Source of the DNA: Chrysomallon squamiferum
Lineage: Eukaryota > Animalia > Mollusca
NCBI GenBank assembly: GCA_012295275.1
Contig: CM022666.1
Location: forward strand, 8,928,001-8,992,000
Reading direction: 5' to 3'
Length of the DNA: 64,000 nt
The notes under the pieces: model-generated
What the model saw: the letters and a program-made list of their open reading frames with translations, nothing else
What the model was told of the DNA's origin: nothing
Database searches by the model: none
Made by a program: the position numbers and the translations under genes
In this document: positions 1 to 12,899 of the stretch, piece by piece
Layout: each line of letters opens with the position of its first letter
Numbering within the stretch: position 1 is the stretch's first letter

Positions 1-70
1 TATTTTTATAATTATTTTTCATTGTTATAACGGTGATTTCAGGCGACATCTTGCTACTGCCATCAATTTC
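1..70 (-). CDS. Putative internal coding exon running off the window (EIDGSSKMSPEITVITMKNNYKN...), possibly exon 2 of the gene starting at 10182
   Basis: On the minus strand a pyrimidine tract TTTATTTTCTTTTTGTTTGGCTTCTTTTGCTGACTATAG ends in AG at 72-71. Only the phase-0 frame stays open to the window edge; the other two frames stop (TAA, TGA). No homology recognised. Confidence 0.35.
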
Positions 71-423
71 CTATAGTCAGCAAAAGAAGCCAAACAAAAA
101 GAAAATAAACTTAGAAATTTATTGCTTACAAGTCATCGACTGTACATTCATAAGTTACGTATAATTACATCTGTTACTGGTGTTATGGCTGAAGTCGTTT
201 TTCTGTGTACAAAAGATTGCTATTAAATGTACAAATTGAGAAAACCTATGAAATCAGTTCATTCTCTTTCTTTCGCTCTGTTTCGTCTATTTATTCCGCC
301 GCAACATCTGGGATGAAATTGCCTGATACTAAAATTCAAGTTTCAAGTCATCGTTGAGGTAGTAACTGATAAAGCTGAAGTAAATGTTGGTACAGAAAAA
401 TTATACATAATAATAATAATAAT

Positions 424-477
<54 letters not shown>

Positions 478-982
478 AAACAATAATAATAACAACAATA
501 AAAAACGGTTTTAAATTTAAATAACAATAATAAAGCAATGATAGACAAAACATTAAATCTGAGTAATATCAATTAACGTAAAACAAAATTCATAAAGCTA
601 TTTGACAAAAATTGTTTAATAGTTAACTTTTATAAACACAAACACACACACATACACACAGCAATAACAACAGCATAAACTAACAATGATAGTAATAACA
701 ATTAATTAATCAGTTCACAAACGCTTGTGATTACAATTTAAATCTGCTTGTACAAAATTAAATGCCAAATTAAAAGCAAATAATTTGTTGCTATTTTTTA
801 TGCTTTTCTTTGTTGTTTCGTTTGTTTTCTTTTGTTTTGCTGAGGCTTGTTGTTTTTGTTGTTAATTCTATTCGCATATTTTTCCTTTATTTATTTATTT
901 ACACACACACATACAAACATACATACACACACACATCGTAATATGGTTTTTTTAATTATTTTTTTCGAAATAAAAAACCGAG

Positions 983-1020
<38 letters not shown>

Positions 1021-1608
1021 TTCACATACACATGCATATAATCAGATAATGAATATGATGATAACAACAACAACAACAACAACAACAAAAACAATAATCA
1101 TAAAATAATAAAGATTTGAAACGTTGATAAATTAATACTAATCAAGGGAAAGAACTCGTGCTTCCTAATTATTCGGACATTTTGCTCAGCGGACGGTTAT
1201 ATACATTACTTGCTGAAAATGTCATCCTACTGACCAATTGAATTTACTCTTTAAAATAGGTAAATTAACAACACAACGTGTGTAGGGTGACATCATTTAC
1301 TTGTTCATTAGCTACTCACTGGAAGTCAGGAGGCTATGTTGTTTCTACGACAAAGTATGATAAAGAAATTGTGCATGTTTTTTCTGGGATCATCTCCAAT
1401 CATCAACCGACTGTAGAACAAAAACAAATTATTGAACTCCGAAAACAATCTTCAAAGATAAATGGATCAGCAGTTTATCAATTCAACATGACACTTCGTT
1501 TGGGGACGTTTAGGATAAGGTGGGACTAATTCAGTACTAACAAAAACACATTCTTTTATTTCGGTGAGAATACTTTAATTTAAAAAAAAAAACACTTGTC
1601 TAACAATA

Positions 1609-1662
1609 GACGAGATTGTCCCTGTGCCGAGTTGTCCACGGGGTCGAGTTGTCTGGCATACC
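1609..1662. mobile_element. Possible DNA-transposon/MITE terminus with short subterminal repeats
   Basis: Three copies of CGAG(A)TTGTC in a GC-rich 54 bp stretch ending ...GGCATACC. No matching opposite end was found in the window. Confidence 0.3.
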
Positions 1663-3227
1663 TGAAAAAGTACAATTAAAAACATTTTACCATTTTAAAT
1701 TCTATGCCGATTTTAAGAATGACGAATTGAGTAAAGGATTATAGTACTGTTTACTTGCTTTAACTGTTATATTTAACTTTCTAATATTACATGGCAACAT
1801 GTGCCACAGGAATAGGAACGAGGTGACCGCATTCGACACGCTGGGCAGAGTCAAAGCCCTTTGTTAGTTTGTAACTGTTTGAGTTTACGTACAGAGTATG
1901 TCGGATAAATAATTTAATGGTTTCGTAATGAAATCTTCCCTCTGGCTCTGCAATCAATCAGTGATGAGTGGAGAGATTCTGGTCAGTTATCGACGTGTCA
2001 ACAGGTTTATGTCGCGGGTATTTAGAGTGTGTTTTGTTAATAACACTTTGCTTCGTCGTGCTGTGTTCTTCGCAATAACCGATCTGGTTTTCACTACCCG
2101 GAAGCGGTTTGCGCAGCGGCATCTAACGACAAATCAAGGGACATAACTCGAAATAACCGCATTGCGGAACCGGCCCATTATAACTCCACATTGGATCTGT
2201 TCACCAATTTCAAACTTAAATTCCAGACATTGGTTCATACTAATTGTTTCCGTGCTTATCAGTTCTGGTACATGTTTGCTATTATACTTCAAAATGGAAT
2301 AGAAAAAGTAATTTTTGTATGATTGTAATACACTCAGAATGGCAGAATGTGTATAAGAAGTCAGAGAGAGAGAATACAGCTTAATTGTGTTTAAGTTAGC
2401 AAGGATGACGGTGAGCAAGAATGACGGATAGCGGTAAAAATAATGGCGGATGCCATTAAACAAGAAAGATGACGGTAAACAAGTAAACAATGGCGGGTAG
2501 GAGTATTTATTTTATATTACATAACATACTGGCAAAGTCTTATTTTAGTGTATTTTATTTTATTTTTTATTTCACTTTTTTTTCTTTTTCACAGACCGTG
2601 TTTCTTAGTTTATTCATTTATTCATTTATTTATTTAGTTATTTATTCAATCAGTTATTTTCTTTTTCTTCATTTTTATCGATCTCTCTGTCTGTTAATTT
2701 ATCATTTATTTCATTTGCTCGCAAACTCCACATGATTAATTTTAGTTTCGATTGTTTTGTTTTGCTGAATATTAAAGTATAAATGTTCGCAACATATTTT
2801 CGATTTTCCTCTTCCGCTTATATTATAACGAATTATTATTACTAAACATTATAGATCTGCGAACAAAGCTGTTCTCTGGGCGCGTGCATTCACTAAACAC
2901 GTTAAACGTATTTGCAGCAAACACACGGGTTGCATGGACGCCTCGTCCCGTGGGTGGGGGGGGGCTCCCGGGAAGCTGCCCGTGGCGCCCGAGTCTTAAA
3001 CCGGCTCAGCCAGCAGAGACAAATACAAAAGAAAATAACAGTCAGACTGCAGTTCAGAGAATTATCTTCAAACTTATCTCAGATAAACAAGTGTGTTAAA
3101 CTAGGGCACAAAGATTATTATTTTTATTATTATTATTACTATAATAAATACTACCACTACTACTACTACTACTTCTACTTCAACTATTATTATTACTGTT
3201 GTTGTTGTTATAATAATAATAATAATA

Positions 3228-3271
<44 letters not shown>

Positions 3272-3585
3272 CAAATGATGTATTTAATCCTAATTTGTGG
3301 ATAAGTCTGAATAAACTATTGTGTAATTTTTTAAATTATGCTGTTATTACTACTAAATACTAATTAATGCTAACAATAATAATAATAATAACAATAATAA
3401 TAATAATTTTTATTACAACGACTACTACTACCACTACGACTACTACGGCTTCTACCGTATTACTACTATCACTATGACGTCTACGATAATTATTAGCACT
3501 ATTATTTTTACTATCGTTATTACCACAATTATTACTATTACTAGTTTTATTATTCTTATTATTGTTGCTACTGCTATCAGACGGA

Positions 3586-3622
<37 letters not shown>

Positions 3623-3965
3623 GTTCCTATTATCACCACTGCTCTTACTGTTACTGCTACAATTATCATCACCGACATTATTATTGTTGTTATAAACAAT
3701 ATAATAAATATATAACAATTAAATAGAGAAATAAATTCTAAAAACAAATAAACACACAGATAAATAAACAGCCAAACTAATAAATAATCAAAATAGTGTT
3801 GCCTATCTTACTGTGTTTAATAATACATACGATATATATGTTTTAAATTTCTCTGCATTAGCAAAACACCTATCCGGTATCTCTAATCTGGTTGCGTTAG
3901 CCTCAGAACACGTGTGTTTTCTCATTCCGCAGTCCGACTCGAGCCCCGCGGCAGTGCGCAGCATA

Positions 3966-5165
3966 ATGCGAACTCTCTACAGAAGTTTTATCTTCGTAAC
4001 TTTCACATTTTTCTTCGTTTCTCTATACATCCAGCTGTCGTGGTGGCGGCTGCGAGTAGGCGACGTGGACGCCAAGAACGTTGTGGTAGCCGAGCGATTT
4101 TTTGAAACAGATATAACAAATGCAAGAAATATCTCGTCCGTCAGATTGATGATTCCTGTGAAAACAATAGATGAGACGTCATTAACTAATAGTATGACGT
4201 TACTAGCAACTAATGAACCTGGAATTAAAAGAGGATGGGAATCTGTGTGGAATACAAGTTCGGATAATGATCGGATATTAGAACAAATGAAATATGTTCC
4301 TAAATCGTTCAAAAAATCTAGTGCACCCAACAGTCAAAAACGTAAGATAATTTTGGTTTCCGACAATCCAGAACGCTGGGGAAAACACCGGGGTCAGCTC
4401 ACCTTTTTGAAAGACAAATGTCTAATTAACAATTGTTTTCTTGTTGGAAAAGATTATACTGAGTCGGTGGACGCTATTTTATTTGGTCAAGGTTTGTTCG
4501 GCATTAGTATGCATGTCAGAAACACGAGAGAAAATACTATTAAGATTTTTTTCGCATTAGAAAGCCCAAAGGCGGCAGGAACATACAACAATATAAACAA
4601 CTACATAAACTGGACAGCCACTTATAGACGAGACTCCACGATTGTCTCCCCTTACGAAAAGTTTTCTTTATTTCCTAACGCTAGTGACGTCATCAGACAA
4701 AACAAACTCAGTCCGAAAAACTACGCTTCCGGCAAAACCAGAATGGCGGCCATTTTTGTTTCCAATTGTGGCGGCTACAATGAAAGGATGAGAGCGGTGC
4801 ATGAACTTCAGAAATACGTGAAAGTTGATGTGTTTGGTTTCTGTGGCAAATTAGTCTGTCCGCGAACCATCGCAAGCGAGTGTTTCAAGATGCTTAAAAA
4901 AACGTATAAATTTTATTTAGCATTCGAGAATGCCAACTGTCGAGACTATATTACTGAAAAGTTTTTCGTTAATGGATTGCAGTAAGTAGGAAAACACAAA
5001 TATATATATAAACGTAACTACATGCATATATAAATACGCACATATATATTTATCCTAAACACACAGAGATATACATGCATACACATACATAGAAACTTGT
5101 TTGTATAGCTGTATTTAAACACACACACACATAGAAACTTGTTTGTATAGCTGTATTTAAACACT

Positions 5166-5196
<31 letters not shown>

Positions 5197-6528
5197 ACAC
5201 ACACACATACTAATTTATATGAGAACCAAACAAGAATAAATTAAATTGCAGACGTAACTAACCTCTTTACACGGTACGAAGTACATTGAGTTTATCTAGA
5301 TACACAGCTGGGCATATGTCACGAATGATTGATATTATCAACTGAGATATTTCATTTCGATATGGCAAATTATTGCAGTTCACAGGCATCTTTTGAGACA
5401 GGTACCATGAACAATTCACTGACGTGCACGCATGCATTAATCTTCTTTTTTTTTTCCTTTTCTTTTTTTTTTTTTTTTTTTTTTTCTCTGTCTCATCCAA
5501 ACCCATGACAGATTTGTCATGAGTAACGTGGATTTTGTCGAAAAAAAAAAAAAAAAATCTTTGGAAGGTGCCTTCTTAATAAAAAAAAAAGAAAAAAAAA
5601 AAAGCCTGCTAATCAATAAGAGAACATAAAAAGGTGTTTCTGAACTTTTATTGACGAGCACGTGCAAGTGACGTGTCACATGCGTTATTTTAAAATGAGG
5701 TAAATGCTGCTGTATATGATTCATATCAGACCTGTTCACTCCGTCGAAAAATGCATGGTTTTATTTATTTGATTATTCGTTTCTTCCTTTTTTCTTTCTT
5801 TCTTTCTTTATTTCTTTATTTATTGTCACTGTTGTTTTTCTTGTTGTTTATTTATTCATTTTCTTATTTATTCATTTGTTTATTTATTTATTGTTTATTA
5901 TAATTGCTGTTATCAACGAACACAGTCATTCTGAATCGGTCACGTAATAACACGTTTGTTTTAACTTCGTTGAGTTCAGGAGAAGAATTAAGTAACTGAA
6001 TGACGTAGATTTTATAATCTAAATATAACCGTTTGTTATTTTAAAGAAATAAATTAAAAATATCAAGACACACACATATACACACACACACATATACACA
6101 CACACACATATACACACACACACATATACACACTGACAAACACCAACACGCATTTGGTTCCAATCTCGGGTGCGGCATCTGACGGGTTTGTGAGGTCGTG
6201 ATTGGACTTTGTCCTTCTGCGCCAGTGCGTTCCCGAATATTGTCTATGTACAGAGTCTATTCAGACGTACATATTCATTCCTAAATACATGTACACACTC
6301 ATAATTACACACATACTGGCCTACACACTTACACAAACACTGATATATATACACATTCGTATATGTGATTTACAGAACTCGTTTCATAGCAGTTATAAAC
6401 TATATCCTTAGTAAGATAAGTGAAATATAACACTACACCATAATATTCTCTTAATCCTAAAACTGTTATTGCTATTATTATTATTATTACTACTACTACT
6501 ACTGTTCCTACTGCTATTGTTGTTATTA

Positions 6529-6562
<34 letters not shown>

Positions 6563-6615
6563 TCTACTACTGTTCTTATTATTATTTTTATTGTTGTTAC
6601 TAATATTACTACAAC

Positions 6616-6649
<34 letters not shown>

Positions 6650-6972
6650 TCAGAAATGACGTCATCCCCGTAGTAATGGGAGCACATCCAGACGATTACA
6701 AAAAAGTAGCTCCCCCTCATTCTTACATTCATATCGAAGATTTTCCTTCTGTCCAATCACTCGCCGCCTACATGACCAAACTGGACAACAACGACGACCT
6801 TTACAACGAGTATTTTCTCTGGAAAGGTACTGGCAGCTTCATAAATACGAAATTTTGGTGCAGACTCTGTGCTTTACTGAACGACGACAACAAACCGACG
6901 TTAGTCGTGGAAAATCTAAGTAAGTGGTGGCAACCGAACAATATGTGTAGAAGTGACCGCTGGTTGTTATGA
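3966..6972 (+). CDS. Alpha-1,3-fucosyltransferase (GT10, FucTA-like), ~444 aa type II Golgi protein; exons 3966-4981 and 6654-6972
   Basis: N-terminal TM (FIFVTFTFFFVSLYIQL). GT10 motifs FALESP, NWTATYRRDS, VSNC and YKFYLAFENANCRDYITEKFF-NGLQ|NDVIPVVMGA; C-terminal FINTKFWCRLCALL. Phase-2 intron CA|gtaagt...tttcag|A joins the 3813..4985 and 6676..6972 ORFs in frame. Confidence 0.93.
5083..5164. repeat. Tandem duplication, ~41 bp x2
   Basis: CATAGAAACTTGTTTGTATAGCTGTATTTAAACAC is repeated directly and flanked by (CA)n. Confidence 0.8.
6164..6290 (-). pseudogene. Degenerate copy of the start and upstream flank of the 10182-9961 exon, inside the FucT intron
   Basis: GGCATCTGACGGGTTTGTGAGGTCGTGATTGGACTTTGTCC aligns to GGCATCTGTCGGGATTTGTGAGGTCATGATTGGACTTTGTCC (10156-10197). 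ATG has become ACG and there is a 1-nt deletion. Confidence 0.6.
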
Positions 6973-6987
6973 CGTAAGATGTGACAC

Positions 6988-7041
<54 letters not shown>

Positions 7042-7306
7042 AATAAATAACGTTAGAACCTAAATTTGGATATAAACACATAAAATGTAGGATAATTTGT
7101 AATAGAAAATATCTGTTTTCCTACTCTGGAATATGTGAGAAATATTTAGTGTTGACAGTAATGGGTGTCTCTGGTTGATGTACAATATAATAATTTTAGT
7201 GCTCTCAGAGTCCAATTTCGGAAACAGAAGTACTTAAAGTATACAATATACCTGTTAATAGTAATCGTGCACTAAATGTATTTTTCATTTTTATATTTAT
7301 TTATTA

Positions 7307-7359
<53 letters not shown>

Positions 7360-8743
7360 TTTGGGGGTTTTAAAAGGTAGAAATGAATGTAATTTATTTT
7401 TTTGTTTATTCATTACCTTTTCTATTATTGTTTTAATCTCGCAAAACATCGTTAAACACGAAAGGTTCGCCTGAGCTAGCCAAAAATTAGACAGCATCAA
7501 ATTTGCTAAATATTTTGTTTTTGTTTTCTGTTTTTGTTTTGTTTCTTTTTTGGATCTCGCACATTCTCGTTTGAAAGGGGAAATCTTAAACTCGCATATT
7601 CTCGCTTGATACGAGACTAAACCACACTGATTGACTGATTGTTCGAAGATGTTAATTCATTAACATGGTGCACAGTTTATAACAGGTGATTAAAAATAAT
7701 TATAATAATAAATAAATATATATTAATAAATAAATAAATAAAATTTTAGTAATTAGAACGTACCTAAAACAATCATCTTTAATATCATATTCTGACATAG
7801 TTATAGTCATCATTTTTCTTAGATAGTTAAACAGTTAGCAAAGTCAGTTCAAAGTTTTTCAGAAAAATAAAAACAACACACACACACAATGCACACACGC
7901 ATTCAGTTTTAAAGACAGTTTATCGTTTATTTGTTGCGTTTTTAAATCAAAATTTAAAGAGTTGAGAACTATCTGAGATTTCGGAAATGACTACTGAAAA
8001 TGAAAAAAAAAAAAATGTATACCGGCTTAAATCCTGAACATCTTTAATACTGACTTTAACTCCACGGAGGACTAACATCACGAGAATATCAGATTAATCT
8101 GTTTAAAGCCCTTTGATGCAGCTAGTACTATTTTGTTTTAACTTTGTCTGAAGGAAACTAAATTATTTCCTTCCTTCTTAAATTATATTAGTAACGTATG
8201 TTTCGTTGTCGCTGAATGTAAATTTCATGACGTTGTAAAAAAACAAAAAAACACTAATATTATATGTTGCTTAACGTATGTCTACTTCTGTATATCTGTA
8301 TGTATGTGTGCTTCAAAGGAAGGGTATGTGAACGTGTCTGTATACGTGTGTGAGTGTGTATGTGTATGAGTATGTTTGCGTGTGAATATGTTTGAGTTTT
8401 GGGTGTTAGGGTTTGTGTATGCATACGTGTCTATGAATATGTAGATATCTCTCCATCTGACATGTTTGTGTGTGTGTCTCTGAGTCTTTTTGGGGGGGGG
8501 GGAATTTGTGTGTGTTCGTCAATTGTGTGTGTGTGTGTGTGTGTGTGTGAATATAATGTGTTTCATAGATCTACACAAATATATATTATTCAGGATGTGA
8601 TATTTTGTTGTATTAAGAAGAAAACATTTCACTGGTTCTCACCACTACTTAAAAACATACAAAAAACGCAAAGGAGCGGAGCAATGTATGGCATCCTGTT
8701 GTGTGAATGTACATGAATTACTCATTACAAAGAATCTAACCAG

Positions 8744-8817
<74 letters not shown>

Positions 8818-9960
8818 TTTTTTTATTTATTTAGTTAGTTAGTCAGTTCCATTTCAGGAGTTAATATCACTATTAATGTACGTCGAAGTTTCTCTCACGT
8901 ATTTGTGGGAAGGGACTAGAAATGTAGTCACTTCTTCCCCAGTGATATACTGGACCTGCCCCTGGCAATTTCTTTTTTTTAATTTTTTTTATCCAGACTT
9001 GACACGATGTGATTTTCATATAATCTTCAGATGAATTAATAAAACTGAAACAGCAGTTTTCATTTCTGAAAATAAATGTATGTGTATGTGTGTAAAACTT
9101 AGTTGTGTGTATTGTATATCCTCGAATGGGTGTTCTGCATTCATGTGTGCAGAATTTTTTTTTTTTCAATAAATTAATTATTATAACAAAACTGCTGTCT
9201 TCGTCTTCTTTTCATTCTAAACTATTTTAGCAATATTTTATATATATATAAAAAAAAAATAAAAAATAGTTTTTTTTGTGCATATCTCATTAATTTTCGT
9301 GAATTTCATTTCACACATGACGGTAAAGGAGAAAAGGATATCATGACATTGATCACCTTGACCTTTCACCTAGCTTTGTTTTTGTAACAATAAAATGATT
9401 TAAAAAACGTGATGACAGACACACACCAGGACTTTTGACATATTGACGCATGACAGTTTTGACAGATTTAAATTTTGTTCTGTGACATTTGTAACCTTGA
9501 ATCGTTCAACACGTCATAGTGCAGTAACAACATCATCAATAATAATAATAATAAAAGTAATAATAATAATAATGAAAACAATAATAATAGTAACAGTAAT
9601 AATTAGAGCAATAATAATAATAGTAATACTACTGACAGTAGTAATGATAGTAATTATAATGATGATGATGATGATGATGAAAAAGAAGATGACAAAGATG
9701 ATAAAATAATAATAACTTAAATTTTGATACGTTTCTGAACATTGCCGATTGCTGTCATTTATGTGTATGTGGTGAACATAAATACACACAAACACACAAA
9801 CGTACATACACACATACATACATACACGCATACATACATACATACATTCATACATCAACATACACATACAGAACGGCGTGCTTCTAGGGTTTCTCATGTC
9901 TGTGTGCAGAGTCTAATTAGACGAACATAAGACAGAATATTCAAATCCTAAACTACATAC

Positions 9961-10182
9961 TTGCCAGTGCCAGGTTTCCCACGAAAAATAGATGAACGCA
10001 AAAATGACGAAAGACAAAAAAAGAACGGCGTGCTTTTTCCTTAGGAAGCGATGTTTACCCCTGTTAATGAGAAATCTTTCTTGATGACTGAACGATGACG
10101 TTGTCCGCTTTCGGAGTGCGGGCGTCGGGGTGTCATACGTTCGAGTCTCGTCAGTGGCATCTGTCGGGATTTGTGAGGTCAT
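9961..10182 (-). CDS. Putative first coding exon of a type II membrane protein (74 codons; basic cytoplasmic tail, TM, splice donor)
   Basis: MTSQIPTD...RGKHRFLRKKHAVLFLSFVIFAFIYFSWETWHWQ is followed by a phase-0 donor CAA|gtatgt at 9960. The composition is GC-richer and non-repetitive. A basic stretch before the TM is typical of Golgi glycosyltransferase N-termini. Confidence 0.5.
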
Positions 10183-10349
10183 GATTGGACTTTGTCCTGA
10201 ACCAGTGTGTTGTCTTTGCAGAGTATAATCAGACGTACATTAGAGAGAGAATATTCAAAATCATAAACTACATACATAAATATGTATATGAATGCACAGA
10301 GGTAAATATATACACAGATACGTATAACAAACATAAAAACATACATATA

Positions 10350-11572
10350 TACTCTCCCAAAAGAGAACTGAAAAATGGTTGATTTCTTAGATAACTGTTG
10401 TAAACTGACACAAACTATGATTATAATGACATTTGGTGATTCAAACGTATAGCTATTGTTACAATCACCATAAATGCAGGTAATACAAAATAAAGGCTAT
10501 GATCGTGTTTATTAGCCAAAACATCCCCGCACGCAAACCACGTTACCAGTGCATGTGCACGTGCGGCACATGAAACTTGAATACGAGGGTTATAAAAATG
10601 CAAGGTTTTCGAATACTTCTGTTCGTTATTTTTGTTCTGACCCAACATCAAATAAATGCCACGACTGAATGAACCGCAACGAAACAACGCCATCGGCCGT
10701 TTACAAGCTGGCGAATCCTTCTCGGCTGTAGCCCGGGTGTTCCATGTATCCCCAAACACCATCTTGAGGAGTGGTTTTGACTCAACATCGTCCACTACGA
10801 CGTCAGTAGTGTCAAGTGCACAGAGTCTGGCCTCAATTACAATGGAGAACTGTCTGGTTTAGTGACGAGGCTCGATTTCTGCTTCGTCGAGCTGATGGAA
10901 GATGTCATGGTGAAAGTTTTGCTGCAAACTGCATACAGGAAGCGGACAGATTTGGCGGTGGTAGTGTGATGGTGTGGGCAGCAATCTCGTACACTGGCAG
11001 GACCAACCGTTCACATCAAAGGCAACTTAACGGCACAGAGATACCGAGATGAAATTTTGCAGCCACATGTCTCTCCTATTATGAATAATAGTAACGCTGT
11101 ATTCCAGCACAACAATGCGAGACCACATACAGCCAAACTCACAACAGCGTACCTACACAACAATAACATTCAGGTCCTGCCCTGGCCCTCTAAATCTCCG
11201 GATTTGAACCCTATAGAGCATTTATTGGACGAGTTAGATAGACGACAGAGGCAGCATCAACCATAGCCAGAGAATCGTATTCAATTGGCATTATTACTAC
11301 AGATAGAGTGGGCCGCCATTCAACAAGATGTAATTCGTAATGTCATTGCTGCCATGGGAAGGAGATGTCAGGCAGTTCTGGACTGCCATGGTGGGCACAC
11401 AAGGTATTGATATTATACTGTTATAACCTTGAACTTTAAGCTTTTCAATGTAATACCATCAATATTAATGAACTGCGAAAGTGTCTGTAAAATGTGAACA
11501 TTCTGCTGCTTTCTGTTGATCCATTCCCAATGTCAATAAAATCTACTTTTGCGTTTCTTTTTTGTTAGAGTA
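10350..11572 (+). mobile_element. Decayed Tc1 (DD34E) DNA transposon, ~1.2 kb, internally deleted
   Basis: Imperfect TIRs TACTCTCCCAAAAGAGAAC (left) and TACTCTAACAAAAAAGAAAC (right, reverse complement), each flanked by TA (10348-49, 11573-74). Transposase remnants lie between them. Confidence 0.9.
10656..11410 (+). pseudogene. Tc1 transposase pseudogene
   Basis: N-terminal HTH (MPRLNEPQRNNAIGRLQAGESFSAVARVFHVS), then VWFSDEARF, GGGSVMVWAAIS, FQHNNARPH (second catalytic D mutated to N), WPSKSPDLNPIEH (34-residue spacing to E) and a GGHTRY* end. Frameshifts, in-frame stops and a deletion near 10767. Confidence 0.9.
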
Positions 11573-11946
11573 TATTACATTACATTAGAAAGACTCGTAC
11601 ATAAGACAGAAATATTCAAATCCTAAAATACATATATACTAGGTACATTACATTATATTAGATTCTAATAATAATAATAATTAAATAAAATCCTAAGTTT
11701 TATATACGTTCACACATATGAACACATAGACACACGTACAAAGATACGTACGTACATAAATATATAGACAGACATATGTACTTATGCACATGGTTAAATA
11801 AAATCATAAGTTTTATATCAAACAGCTGGAAACATTTTTGAGAAAAAACCAATTAACTTTTCAATGAAATCGAATCACGCTCACGCACTCTCTGAGTACT
11901 AAGAGGTTTTATGGAGAGTGTACACACACACACACACTACTCCAGT

Positions 11947-11998
<52 letters not shown>

Positions 11999-12365
11999 AT
12001 TATTAAACATCAACTTTCACAACATAAAAAAAACATTATCATCATCAATTAATATTAATATTATTATTATTGTTGTTACTGTTGTTAGTTGATGTTTTCG
12101 TAGCTGCTGTTTATTTTGCTACTTGTAGTCTCCTTGTCGCTGAACGTATTCCTTTATGCATCAAATATTAACTTGCAAGTTTTCTAAATAAGGCTTACAA
12201 GAAGTTAAGAGATTAATACGATTTAATTTTTATCCGTAATCGTTGTCTGGCAACATCTTGTATGTAATCTATAGTTCGTGATTTCGTGCCCCAATTTCAT
12301 TATAAAGAAAGAATGAATTATTGACGTAATAAACATAATATGTTGAAATTTGATTGTGTTCATTT

Positions 12366-12451
12366 GTAAGTAACAGAAGTATATATAATATGTGTATATG
12401 ACGGTATGTAAGTAACAGAAGTATATATAATATGTGTATATGACGGTATGT
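12366..12451. repeat. Tandem duplication, 42 bp x2
   Basis: GTAAGTAACAGAAGTATATATAATATGTGTATATGACGGTAT is repeated directly. Confidence 0.85.
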
Positions 12452-12899
12452 ACGTAGGAGTTTATGCGTATGTGTATTAGTTCTCTGTTCTGCTCTGTTT
12501 AGTTTTCTTTTCTTTTTTTTTTTTTTTTTGATTTATTTCTCTTTCTTTCCTATTACTTATATATATATTTTAATAAAAAAAAAAATTGCATGGAAAGAAT
12601 TTAAAATCAGACCACAATGTTCATCGTTTATCAGTTTTAAATGTACAACGTTTAAAGATAAAAAAATTGTGTTTGACGTCAAAGAAACGGTATTTGTTAA
12701 AAATGTAGGTTATCATTTAATGGTAGTCACGTTAGTGATAAGAAATATTTGTCTGAGTGTGTGTCTGTGTACACGTGTCTTTTTTATGTGTCCGTGCGTG
12801 CGTGTGCATGCGCAATAAAGAACACCGTTTGACCTGTCTCATTTATTTGATCAATAAATCTGTTTTGTAATATTAAACTTCATTCGTTGTTTCTTTCAA

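Noticed and set aside
348-1094. Poly-Leu, HT- and CV-repeat ORFs here and many similar ones across the track (e.g. 3452-3718, 9443-9930, 40308-41522, 62018-62321, 63322-63621)
   Set aside because: They are translations of (AAC)n, (ATT)n, (CA)n and (TA)n microsatellites, with no coding signal.
1928-3099. ORFs 1928-2146, 2134-2490 and 2884-3099 in GC-richer sequence
   Set aside because: No recognisable domain or consistent splice sites; more likely promoter, 5' UTR or enhancer sequence upstream of FucT.
3813-3965. 51-aa N-terminal extension of the FucT ORF
   Set aside because: The track starts at a GTG. The first ATG (3966) gives a normal short cytoplasmic tail before the TM.
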